Positions 25,035 to 32,000 of a DNA stretch of 32,000 nucleotides are shown here, piece after piece. The stretch is taken from assembly GCF_000015145.1 (NCBI RefSeq), contig NC_008818.1:720001-752000 (forward strand), in the 5' to 3' direction. Every line of letters begins with the position of its first letter. The first letter of the stretch is position 1. The stretch is from Hyperthermus butylicus DSM 5456. GTDB lineage: Archaea; Thermoproteota; Thermoprotei_A; Sulfolobales; Pyrodictiaceae. The notes beneath the pieces are model-generated. The model was not told the DNA's origin. It ran no database searches and saw only the letters and a list, made by a program, of their open reading frames with translations. A program made the translations under genes and the position numbers.

Positions 25035-25122
25035 AACTTAGAGGGCTTGTCAACAGTGCTATAGGCGCTGCGGCCGATAAAACCACCAGTATAAAGGAGA
25101 AGGTGAGCCATAGCTTCAACCC

Positions 25123-26394
25123 CTATGCGAGCCCCAGCTCTCTCGCTATCTCATCTGCTAGTCCTCCACCGCCGAAGCGGGCCCAGACGCTACATGTACC
25201 CTCGATACTGACCATGCAGGGTCCGTAGGGTGTACCTGGCGTACATACCTTCATGAAGAGTGGGCAGTCCGTCGGCTTGGCGAGGCCCAGGGTTACCTCG
25301 GCGCAGCGACAGCCCGGTGGAAGGTCGTAGCTCCACTCTTCGGGTGTTAGCTCCTTTATCCCGTACTGGTACATGGCGTCGTACCGGCGGTACTTGTCGC
25401 GGAAGGCTAGGCCGCTCTGTGGCACAAAGCCTAGGCCGCGCCACGCAGCATCGGTGACTTCGCAGCACTCATTGATGTAGCGCTGTGCCACCGTGTTGCC
25501 CTCCCAGCGGACTACACGCTTGTACTCGTTTATGAGGCGTGGCCTCCCCTCAGCGAGCATGGCGAGAATGTGGAATATTGCTAGGAGTATATCATGGGCC
25601 TCAAACCCTGCAACAACAGTGGGAACACCGTATTCCCTCGGCACGAACTCCCACGCCTTCGCACCAATAACGGCCGAGACGTGGCCTGGCGCTATAACAC
25701 CGCGTATTGGGGCGTTGCGGTGACGCTCAAAGGTGTAGCGGAGTATTGGCGGTGTGAGTCTGTGCACATTTATGATCGTAAGGTTTTCTGGTACAACACC
25801 GTTAACTAGTGGCGCTGCTACAGCAGGCGCCGTGGTCTCAAACCCTACCGCGAGAAACACGGACTCTTTGCCATCCCTCTTAGCATGCTTCACAGCATCC
25901 ATAAAGCTGTAAACCACTACCACATCGCCGCCAAGAGCACGAGCCTCCTCTAGGCTACGAGGACGTCCCTTATCGCCGAATGGACGGCCCGAGCCAGGCA
26001 GCCGATATGCATCGCCGTAGGTGTAAACACGGATCCCCTCTAGGGCAAACTTTATCGCAATGTCGACGTAGTAGGCGGGTGTTATGCAGACAGGGCAGCC
26101 GGGCCCAGCGACAAGCTCAACACCCTCCGGCATGAGGCTGCGGATTCCATTCCAGACAATGCTGTGTTCATGTGTGCCACAGAAATCCATTATCTTGATG
26201 GTGCCGCCGACACGTCTAATAGCAATAGGCGCAACTCGGTGTATAAGCTCTACAAGCCGGTCAATAACCTTCTTGTCAACCCTCCAGAGGCCGTAGAGGT
26301 TCACAACCTGCTTATCCAGGGTTGACGGGTCCTCCAAGCCATCAAACCCCGGACACCGCGATAGCTTGCAACTCGCCAATATAAACCTAAACAC
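25123..26394 (-). CDS. hypD: hydrogenase maturation Fe-S protein HypD
   Basis: Family motifs are present: IKIMDFCGTHEH, GPGCPVCITP, GFETTAP, PGHVSAV, and the C-terminal GPCMVSIEGTC. GTG 26394 lies about 27 nt downstream of a TATA box, which would make the transcript near-leaderless. GTG 26304 (MNLYGLWRVDKK) is an alternative start. Confidence 0.93.
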   Translation of the reverse strand: MFRFILASCKLSRCPGFDGLEDPSTLDKQVVNLYGLWRVDKKVIDRLVELIHRVAPIAIRRVGGTIKIMDFCGTHEHSIVWNGIRSLMPEGVELVAGPGCPVCITPAYYVDIAIKFALEGIRVYTYGDAYRLPGSGRPFGDKGRPRSLEEARALGGDVVVVYSFMDAVKHAKRDGKESVFLAVGFETTAPAVAAPLVNGVVPENLTIINVHRLTPPILRYTFERHRNAPIRGVIAPGHVSAVIGAKAWEFVPREYGVPTVVAGFEAHDILLAIFHILAMLAEGRPRLINEYKRVVRWEGNTVAQRYINECCEVTDAAWRGLGFVPQSGLAFRDKYRRYDAMYQYGIKELTPEEWSYDLPPGCRCAEVTLGLAKPTDCPLFMKVCTPGTPYGPCMVSIEGTCSVWARFGGGGLADEIARELGLA

Positions 26395-26420
26395 GAGTGA
26401 AACGGGGAAGTGTAGGCCAT

Positions 26421-26430
26421 CTTTTTATAG
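26421..26430 (-). promoter_or_regulatory. TATA box for the hypD-hypC-hypF transcription unit
   Basis: The reverse strand reads CTATAAAAAG. Its spacing to GTG 26394 fits the archaeal TATA-to-TSS distance and would leave a leader of only a few nt. Confidence 0.45.
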
Positions 26431-26513
26431 TTCGCTTCGAGTAGACAAACTAGACGGCTAGCACGCATCCAGGGGGCGTTTCCTTCCGCCTTTCTCGGTG
26501 CTCCTGGCTACTT

Positions 26514-26891
26514 CTAGCTCCCCCGCTCTCTATCGGGTTTTTCCTCGGGGGCTACTAGCACGAGGAGCTTGCCCTCTATGAGTGCCTGGACAAGCTTCTT
26601 ACGGCCGCTCGCTAGCGCTCTCCAAAGCGTACCCCGGGACACGTTCATCTTCTTCGCGGCCTCCTCTTGTGTAAGCCCCTCGTAGTATACTAGTCTCAGC
26701 GCCTCCAGCTCGTCTGGCAATAGGTAGACAGGCTCGCTAGGTATCGGCCTTCCCATCTCGTCTACGGGAACGAAAGCGCGGACACGCGGGCGGAACCATA
26801 TCAGCCGGGGCTTTGGTGGTCTCCCCGGCCGGCTCCATGTCCACCGCCAGCGCCAGGGCCCGCCCGGCATACCTGCCATGTCCTCGTACAC
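26514..26891 (-). CDS. DUF134 (UPF0251) family DNA-binding protein, putative regulator
   Basis: GRPPKPRLIWFRPRVRAFVP...VYLLPDELEALRLVYYEGLTQEEAAKKMNVSRGTLWRALASGRKKLVQALIEGK is the DUF134 signature: GRP..., then F.P, then a sigma-70 region-4-like HTH. The start is probably an internal ATG (MPGGPW...). Confidence 0.85.
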   Translation of the reverse strand: MYEDMAGMPGGPWRWRWTWSRPGRPPKPRLIWFRPRVRAFVPVDEMGRPIPSEPVYLLPDELEALRLVYYEGLTQEEAAKKMNVSRGTLWRALASGRKKLVQALIEGKLLVLVAPEEKPDRERGS

Positions 26892-27070
26892 CCTGGGCCT
26901 GTGGCTGTAGTGTGGGACCCTAGTATCGGCAGCGCTAGCCCGGTAGCTTGGGATGCCGGGGCCAGCCCTCCCGGACCCCTACGTCAGCGTGGGAGGTTAC
27001 CGCTCCTCTTGCCGGGGCTCGGGAGTAGTAGGAACTATTTTCTGGCGAGGGCTGTAGGACTTGTTGGGCG

Positions 27071-28561
27071 TTGGGCTTGCCGCGTATTGTACGGCTTCCT
27101 GGGGCGCCACCAGTACCTGGCGCCGTGGACGCCGGGTCTATTGAGGAGGCCGTGGAGGTTGCCGTCGAGGAGGCTTCCCGTGAAGAGGAGGTCTTGATTG
27201 TTGGCCGTGGCGCGTGGGAGGCCTACGGCGAGGCTGCGTGGAGGCTGCGGATGGAGGGTGGCAACTTCTACCTCTTGGAGGCCCTCGATGCTGACGAGGA
27301 GAAGCTGCACCGTGACGGGGCTTCGAAGCTGTTCATGGCGCGTCTAGCCTATCTTGCTAGACGCCGTGCCCGCGACGCTGTCTTAGAGCCTGCTGGCGGG
27401 GGGAAGAGGGTTAGCCGCCGCACGTTGCTCCGCACAGCTGTTGTCGGCTCCGCCATGGACTACACGGAGAAGCCGATACATGACCAGCTCTGCGGGAAGA
27501 AGCCCCTCGGAGACTACTGTAGCTGGTGCCTAGACGCTTGCGACGTTGAGGGGGGTTGCGCCGCATCCGCCGCGCTGTGCGGTGTTGAGCTGCTCCACGT
27601 GCCCGGGTATTCCCGGGCTGGGCTCCAGGACATGCTGCGGCTCCTCTCCATCACGGGGCCCGGCTACGCCCTAATAGCTCCACGCTCCGTGCTCGCCAAG
27701 CTCGTCCAGGAGCTAGGCAATAGCAGCCCCGGCCATCCCGTTGTCGTTGTGCCGGTCTCCTGCCCCTACGTCGTCGGGCTCGAGGAGCTTCTCGCCCTCC
27801 GGGGCCTCGGCCTGGAGCCCATCATGGTTGACGATGGCTGGGAACGGGAGCTGAGGAGGTGTAGGGAGAGCCGCAAAACATACCTCGAAACCGTGGCTGC
27901 CGACTACGAGGGGATTACCGGGGCCAGCCTCGCCATTGTGGAGGCCGGCAAGGCTGTCGGGCTCGTGCAGGAGGAGCCGGGCCTGGAGCCGCTCGGGGAC
28001 GCGCTGGAGCTGCTCGGGAGAGGGCTGAGGCCCCTAGCGCTAGCTGTCGCCAAGAGGTCTGGGGTCTCGGCCGATCTGCGGACAGGGTTCACGGGGCTAG
28101 TAATAGTTGACCAGGAGCGCTGCACCCTCTGCGGCGCCTGCGCTAAGGAGTGCCCGACGGGCGCCCTCAAGCTGAGGGAGGAGGCGGAGGGTTCGGCTCT
28201 GCTCTTCCTGCATGACCGCTGCATAGCGTGCGGCTGGTGCCGGGAGGTCTGCCCAGAGGACGCGATAACGGTTAAGCGGGCCATAAACCCCGCCATCATA
28301 GACTCGCTGGTATCCCTCGTGGCAGGGGAGGAGCTGCGCTGCATAGTCTGCGGCAACCCGGTAGGCCCAACGAGGATGGTCGAGAAGGTCGTGGAGAAGC
28401 TGTTAGCGTCGGGCATCGACCCGGAGAAGATGCCTACTATACTCATGTGCAGCACGTGCAAGCAGAAGTATAGCCTAGGCCTCATAGACGAGGCGAAGGT
28501 AGACTGGGAGGCCCTGCGACGCTTCGTGCAGCGGGCACGAGCTAGGACAGCGGCTGGATAG
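27071..28561 (+). CDS. 4Fe-4S dicluster-domain protein with a large uncharacterised N-terminal region
   Basis: Two ferredoxin-type motifs: CTLCGACAKECP (28121-28156) and CIACGWCREVCP (28220-28255). An extra Cys-rich stretch CGKKPLGDYCSWCLDACDVEGGCAASAALC lies at 27491-27580, and a C-terminal CxxC...CxxC (CIVCGN...CSTCKQ) is also present. The start is uncertain: TTG 27071 is the longest option, and ATG 27335 is also in frame. Confidence 0.7.
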   Translation: MGLPRIVRLPGAPPVPGAVDAGSIEEAVEVAVEEASREEEVLIVGRGAWEAYGEAAWRLRMEGGNFYLLEALDADEEKLHRDGASKLFMARLAYLARRRARDAVLEPAGGGKRVSRRTLLRTAVVGSAMDYTEKPIHDQLCGKKPLGDYCSWCLDACDVEGGCAASAALCGVELLHVPGYSRAGLQDMLRLLSITGPGYALIAPRSVLAKLVQELGNSSPGHPVVVVPVSCPYVVGLEELLALRGLGLEPIMVDDGWERELRRCRESRKTYLETVAADYEGITGASLAIVEAGKAVGLVQEEPGLEPLGDALELLGRGLRPLALAVAKRSGVSADLRTGFTGLVIVDQERCTLCGACAKECPTGALKLREEAEGSALLFLHDRCIACGWCREVCPEDAITVKRAINPAIIDSLVSLVAGEELRCIVCGNPVGPTRMVEKVVEKLLASGIDPEKMPTILMCSTCKQKYSLGLIDEAKVDWEALRRFVQRARARTAAG

Positions 28562-28610
28562 GCAGCTGTTTAAAAGGCCACGCCGCAGCCTAGCAGCTGG
28601 GAGCACGGGT

Positions 28611-29090
28611 ATGAGCATGCAGGTAACCGTGAAATACGACGAGGTACGCGAGGCGCTCCAAACGCTAACCGGGCTAAAGCTCCGAGGCAACATTAGCGGC
28701 CCCCCAACCTCCAGGCTCCCCCTCCGCAGGATAGTAGAGGACGCCATGAAGCCGAGGATAGCCGCTGTAGAGGAGTATCGCGGCAGCAGGATAGTAGCAG
28801 TGAAGATAGACGATAGCCTCTACCTGGTCTGCCACTTCGGGCTAGACCAGCCAGACGACTTCTGCATAGCGCTGGAAGGCGAGAACGCTTGGCAGCGCGT
28901 AGCCGAAGCCGCAGACAAGCTCTCGAGGAAGATGAACGAGTCCTACACGCTCACCCTCTCAGCCATAATCCACGCCCTCCAGGGAATCATAACCGGCGAA
29001 GAGGAGGAGGTAGAGGAGATAACCGACCCAGACCAGGTCATCGAGGAGCTGCTAACCTGGCTCCCCGAGTACATAGCAGTGGTAGAGTAA
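28611..29090 (+). CDS. hypothetical protein with an acidic C-terminal tail
   Basis: 159-aa ORF starting 50 nt after the 4Fe-4S gene on the same strand, so likely co-transcribed. Its composition is protein-like, and its tail reads GEEEEVEEITDPDQVIEELL. I recognise no family. Confidence 0.5.
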   Translation: MSMQVTVKYDEVREALQTLTGLKLRGNISGPPTSRLPLRRIVEDAMKPRIAAVEEYRGSRIVAVKIDDSLYLVCHFGLDQPDDFCIALEGENAWQRVAEAADKLSRKMNESYTLTLSAIIHALQGIITGEEEEVEEITDPDQVIEELLTWLPEYIAVVE

Positions 29091-29333
29091 GCCTCCCCGA
29101 GACCGCCAGTTATGCCACGAACACTCTGAAAACGAGCATGCTCAGCAAAACTCCACTTCCGAAACCATAGCCTACTTTGAAACATCCACGACTGGATTCT
29201 CTTAAGAGCGTTGACCTCCTCCTGCCCGGACTACTCTGCCAGTCTAACAGCTGTGAAATACAGCATCTCTCTCTCGAAGAAAAATTGAAGAGTCATACAG
29301 TGCAGAATTGAACATGAGAGGAAGGGGGCTTCT

Positions 29334-31295
29334 ATGCCCTCATTGAGGGCTAAAACCGTTATTGCAGCTTCCCTCGCAGCCGTTGTGCTCGCAGGCATAG
29401 CATTCTACGTGTCGCCAATACTGTCCGGCTACTTCCCGAAGCCGGGAACTGTAACTATTGTACTTGAGCCAAGCATATATAAAGCGGCTGGCAGGGAGTT
29501 CTCAGGGCATGGCCACATCTATATCAGCTACGGGGATAAGATTATTCACCGCGAGCTTGTTAAGGAGCTTGAGGAGGTTAAGGCCGGTAGAACGGTTAGG
29601 GTGCAGGTAGAGATACCGGATAACATTCTCGATGATTGGGCTAGGCATAGCAGGGCGCTAAAGCAGCTGCTCGCCGAGCAGAATTATGGGGTATCTGTCG
29701 AGATACCAGCTGTGACAGTCACATTCTACTTCACGTCTCCCAGCAGCAAAGTGAAGATCTGTACGGCAACCTACTCCGCAAGAGACTGGTACCTGGAGAA
29801 GCTCCATAACCCCATAGAGGCGGGCAAAAAGACCATCGAGGACCCCTTAAGGATGTTCGTCGAGGGAGCCATTATAAGGATAAACAGTGAGAAGCTGCGC
29901 TGCGGCACAGTGGAGACAAAAGCCCTTGAGGAGGCGCTAGTAGAAAACCTACAGAGCCGTGGCGTCAAGGCTAGCTGGCAGCCCGGCTTCGGGCTAGTCA
30001 TAGGCGGGAACAAGACAGCAATGGTGGTAGCTAAGCCGGGTAAAACCGTAGACGGCTTAACAGCTACCACCACTGCTAGCAACTGTCCAGGCTACATGGA
30101 AGTAGTGTACAATTGGGACCTCTACAACTCCAGGTACAGCCCGCCCAGCAGCTGGTACGAGAGGCTGAGAGGCATACCTCGGAGCCAGGCAGAATGCCTA
30201 TGGAGGCTCTTCGCTGAGACATACTCGAAGAAGTACTACTTCAACGCAGACATCTACAGCTACGACGAGGCCAGAAGCTACACCGTAAACAAGCTCGGCG
30301 GCGGCCTATACCCAATGCAGAACTTCATAGCCAGGCTCATAAACACCAACGGTGGCGCATGCACTGGAGGCTACATACCAACATGGTACCCCTCACCAGT
30401 ACCAGACCCCAACCCAACACTAGACACGCCATGGCTGGGAGTAGTACTCTCATACACAACAACAGACCTAGAAACATTCAAACCGATACAAGTGTCTGGA
30501 GCATTGGCAGCAGGCAAGCTACAGTTCGCATACAGCGGTATATCATTCTTCGGCATACCGGTATGGGAGAACCCGTACGGCGGACTCCAGATGTATGCAA
30601 GCCCTGCCGGAACATCGGCTGAGGAACGAGCTTATGTGTTAGCTCCTACAATGTTTCTCTACCTGGGTGATGCAGCAGTCGTACTCTTCAACTCGGAGAC
30701 AGTAACGTTTCCGGATGGATGCCGCTACTATGTGTTCTGGGCTGACGTGGCGTTCATCCCGCTCTACAAGATACAAAGCGTGGACTGGTCCAAGATGAAA
30801 CCTGATCATCTAGACTTGACACAACTTCCTCCCAACTATATGGCGCTTAGCTGGAGCGCTCACGCAGAGCTAGTAAAATACGCCTATGCTGGAACCCGGA
30901 AAGAGACATTGCTCTATGAAACTTCATCGGCTGATGTGGTGGAGGGTGGTGCTGGCCTAGCAGCAGCGATATACTCTGTGTACCAGCCCTGGCTAGAGTC
31001 CGTGCTCAGCGGCATCCTGGGTACTACAGGGAACATACTAGCGTCCTACATGGTTTCCGTGATTAAAGCCGCTATAGGCTTTACCCAGTTCACCATAGAG
31101 GGTGAGGGCATGGCACACGCTGTTGAAGTAAGAGTGCAGGATGTAACGCCATATGCGTATCCTATTAGGATCTATAAGATGAGATGCCCTGACGTGCTTG
31201 CCGAGGAGTATACGTCGATAGGCTATGAGCCGTATACTGTAGAGTATATTGTTGAGGCAGGCGAGTATACTGGCGCTCCCCCTGGCGCGACCTAG
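29334..31295 (+). CDS. large membrane-anchored or exported orphan protein
   Basis: 653-aa uninterrupted ORF. It has a single N-terminal hydrophobic segment (KTVIAASLAAVVLAGIAFYV), and the remainder is rich in Tyr/Trp/Thr/Gly as in extracellular proteins. A GGAAGGGGG purine tract lies 5-13 nt before the ATG. I recognise no family. Confidence 0.6.
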   Translation: MPSLRAKTVIAASLAAVVLAGIAFYVSPILSGYFPKPGTVTIVLEPSIYKAAGREFSGHGHIYISYGDKIIHRELVKELEEVKAGRTVRVQVEIPDNILDDWARHSRALKQLLAEQNYGVSVEIPAVTVTFYFTSPSSKVKICTATYSARDWYLEKLHNPIEAGKKTIEDPLRMFVEGAIIRINSEKLRCGTVETKALEEALVENLQSRGVKASWQPGFGLVIGGNKTAMVVAKPGKTVDGLTATTTASNCPGYMEVVYNWDLYNSRYSPPSSWYERLRGIPRSQAECLWRLFAETYSKKYYFNADIYSYDEARSYTVNKLGGGLYPMQNFIARLINTNGGACTGGYIPTWYPSPVPDPNPTLDTPWLGVVLSYTTTDLETFKPIQVSGALAAGKLQFAYSGISFFGIPVWENPYGGLQMYASPAGTSAEERAYVLAPTMFLYLGDAAVVLFNSETVTFPDGCRYYVFWADVAFIPLYKIQSVDWSKMKPDHLDLTQLPPNYMALSWSAHAELVKYAYAGTRKETLLYETSSADVVEGGAGLAAAIYSVYQPWLESVLSGILGTTGNILASYMVSVIKAAIGFTQFTIEGEGMAHAVEVRVQDVTPYAYPIRIYKMRCPDVLAEEYTSIGYEPYTVEYIVEAGEYTGAPPGAT

Positions 31296-31379
31296 AACGA
31301 CAATACTAGCACCCGGCTGCAGCACCCAACATTTTAATATTCTTCAATATTAGCAATAGTTATATACATTATAAACTTT

Positions 31380-31397
31380 GAACACTACGAACACTAC
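31380..31397. repeat. tandem 9-mer gaacactac x2
   Basis: Read directly from the sequence: 31380-31388 and 31389-31397 are identical. The repeat sits at the edge of a very AT-rich stretch (31330-31380). Confidence 0.9.
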
Positions 31398-31492
31398 GGT
31401 AGCAATACAGGGACTCGCCAAGCCCCGGCTTGACATAGAACTTTGTGGCTAGTGGTAGGCTCTTATATTGATGGTTTAAGCTAGAAATAGTG

Positions 31493-31551
31493 GTGTCCAG
31501 GGAAGAGTGTAGGTTTATGTGGCAATAGACGTGCTACCAGCGTGTCCAGGG
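31493..31551. repeat. 10-nt direct repeat gtgtccaggg, two copies 49 nt apart
   Basis: Copies at 31493-31502 and 31542-31551, read directly from the sequence. Both lie in the spacer upstream of a small ORF. Confidence 0.8.
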
Positions 31552-31568
31552 TGGGGTTCGAAAGGCGA

Positions 31569-31763
31569 ATGTTGAGGCCTTGGGTGGTGAAGAGGAGAAG
31601 CGGTTTTAGGGCCTTAGAGGTGGATGATGAAGAGTTTTAGTTTGCCGTTGCAGCCAAGCTGGTTATACTTGAGATCCTAGACGAACTGAAGGGGCTGAGG
31701 GAAGACTTACAAGCTCTACAAACCCCCCTACCTAGAGAGTCTGAGCACGGCAAGAGGTTTTGA
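31569..31763 (+). other. small frame MLRPWVVKRRSGFRALEVDDEEF-TAG-FAVAAKLVILEILDELKGLREDLQALQTPLPRESEHGKRF
   Basis: ATG 31569 (or GTG 31542) reads to the TAG at 31638-31640. The same frame then stays open for 40 more helix-like codons, to the TGA at 31761-31763. The second part has no canonical start of its own. The antisense ORF 31637..31897 looks like a shadow ORF. Confidence 0.2.
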
Positions 31764-32000
31764 CGGGTCAAACGTCGCGGAGGTACATAGGATGGGCCAC
31801 ATTGTCTGCCCATTCTTGCTCGAGAAGAGCCAGACCGGGGAAGGTTGCTAGAGAGGTGTTGAGCTGGTAGTGGCAGTAGGATCCGCGCCGGGCTCAAGCG
31901 CTAGTCGCTGGTGGGTAAGCGCACGGCTTTACCAGCAACGGAAAAACCGAGGTTCACTTCTTATGGGCTACTTGTAAGCCAGACCCTTTTCACGTCAGGT

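Noticed and set aside
26901-27197. 98-aa plus-strand ORF overlapping the start of the 4Fe-4S gene.
   Set aside because: It is Arg/Pro/Leu/Gly-rich with no motifs, and probably reflects an open frame in the GC-rich divergent promoter region.
27413-27454. Twin-arginine-like motif SRRTLLRTAVVGSA inside the 4Fe-4S protein ORF, as a possible Tat signal.
   Set aside because: It lies about 115 codons into the longest ORF. The hydrophobic stretch after it is only about 8 residues and is followed by Asp. This is too weak to call, although it adds to the uncertainty about the start codon.
1-32000. Genome-wide reassignment of TAG as a sense codon, suggested by four in-phase TAG junctions.
   Set aside because: TAG terminates most intact genes here, including DUF72, vapC-1, vapB-1, tsaA, both radical SAM genes and vapB-2. 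The long ORFs (AOR, HypF, HypD and others) contain no internal TAG. TAG is simply the commonest stop trinucleotide in this GC-rich sequence, so only local read-through or nonsense mutations remain plausible.
31880-32000. Possible start of an RNase P RNA or other structured RNA (ggtgggtaagcgcacgg, stem gctggt...accagc, ccagcaacggaaaaacc).
   Set aside because: It only loosely resembles bacterial RNase P segments. The universal GAGGAAAGUCC element is absent upstream, and the window ends before any structure can be evaluated.
1-32000. CRISPR arrays, rRNA genes, IS elements or integrases.
   Set aside because: No regularly spaced direct repeats, no rRNA-like conserved strings, and no transposase or integrase motifs were seen on either strand.

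Overview
GC-rich segment that looks like a compact archaeal chromosome. The likely source is a hyperthermophilic crenarchaeon. That is an inference from gene families (tungsten AOR, DUF134, archaeal-type ATPase, AbrB/PIN pairs), TATA-type promoters and near-leaderless starts, not from any search.

Gene content, left to right:
- N-terminus of a 2-oxoacid:ferredoxin oxidoreductase gamma subunit, running off the left edge and absent from the ORF track.
- Two small in-frame ORFs separated only by a TAG.
- DUF72 protein.
- An intact AbrB/PIN (vapBC-like) pair.
- TsaA/TrmO-like methyltransferase.
- Aldehyde:ferredoxin oxidoreductase.
- A disrupted nfeD-stomatin (SPFH) pair.
- A DUF4234-like membrane protein.
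- Two large radical SAM enzymes flanking a small membrane protein.
- An archaeal AAA+/STAND-like ATPase next to a decayed PIN remnant and a second AbrB/PIN pair whose toxin is frameshifted.
- MFS transporter.
- A DUF104-like small ORF beside a 13-bp tandem duplication.
- Aldo/keto reductase.
- Class II glutamine amidotransferase-like protein.
- A ~1.2 kb stretch without a convincing ORF.
- A [NiFe]-hydrogenase maturation neighbourhood: a HycI/HybD-like degenerate protease candidate, then hypF, hypC, hypD and a DUF134 regulator.
- A divergent pair encoding a 4Fe-4S protein and an acidic-tail protein.
- A visibly more AT-rich segment encoding a 653-aa membrane-anchored orphan protein.
- An AT-rich repeat-bearing intergenic region.

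No rRNA, tRNA, CRISPR array or recognisable transposase was found.

The most notable pattern is that reading-frame lesions (frameshifts, in-frame TAGs, one 13-bp duplication) fall only in small accessory genes, while about 15 kb of long ORFs is intact. I found no clearly novel multi-gene system. The best candidates for follow-up are the uncharacterised genes around the hyp cluster and the AT-rich orphan gene.
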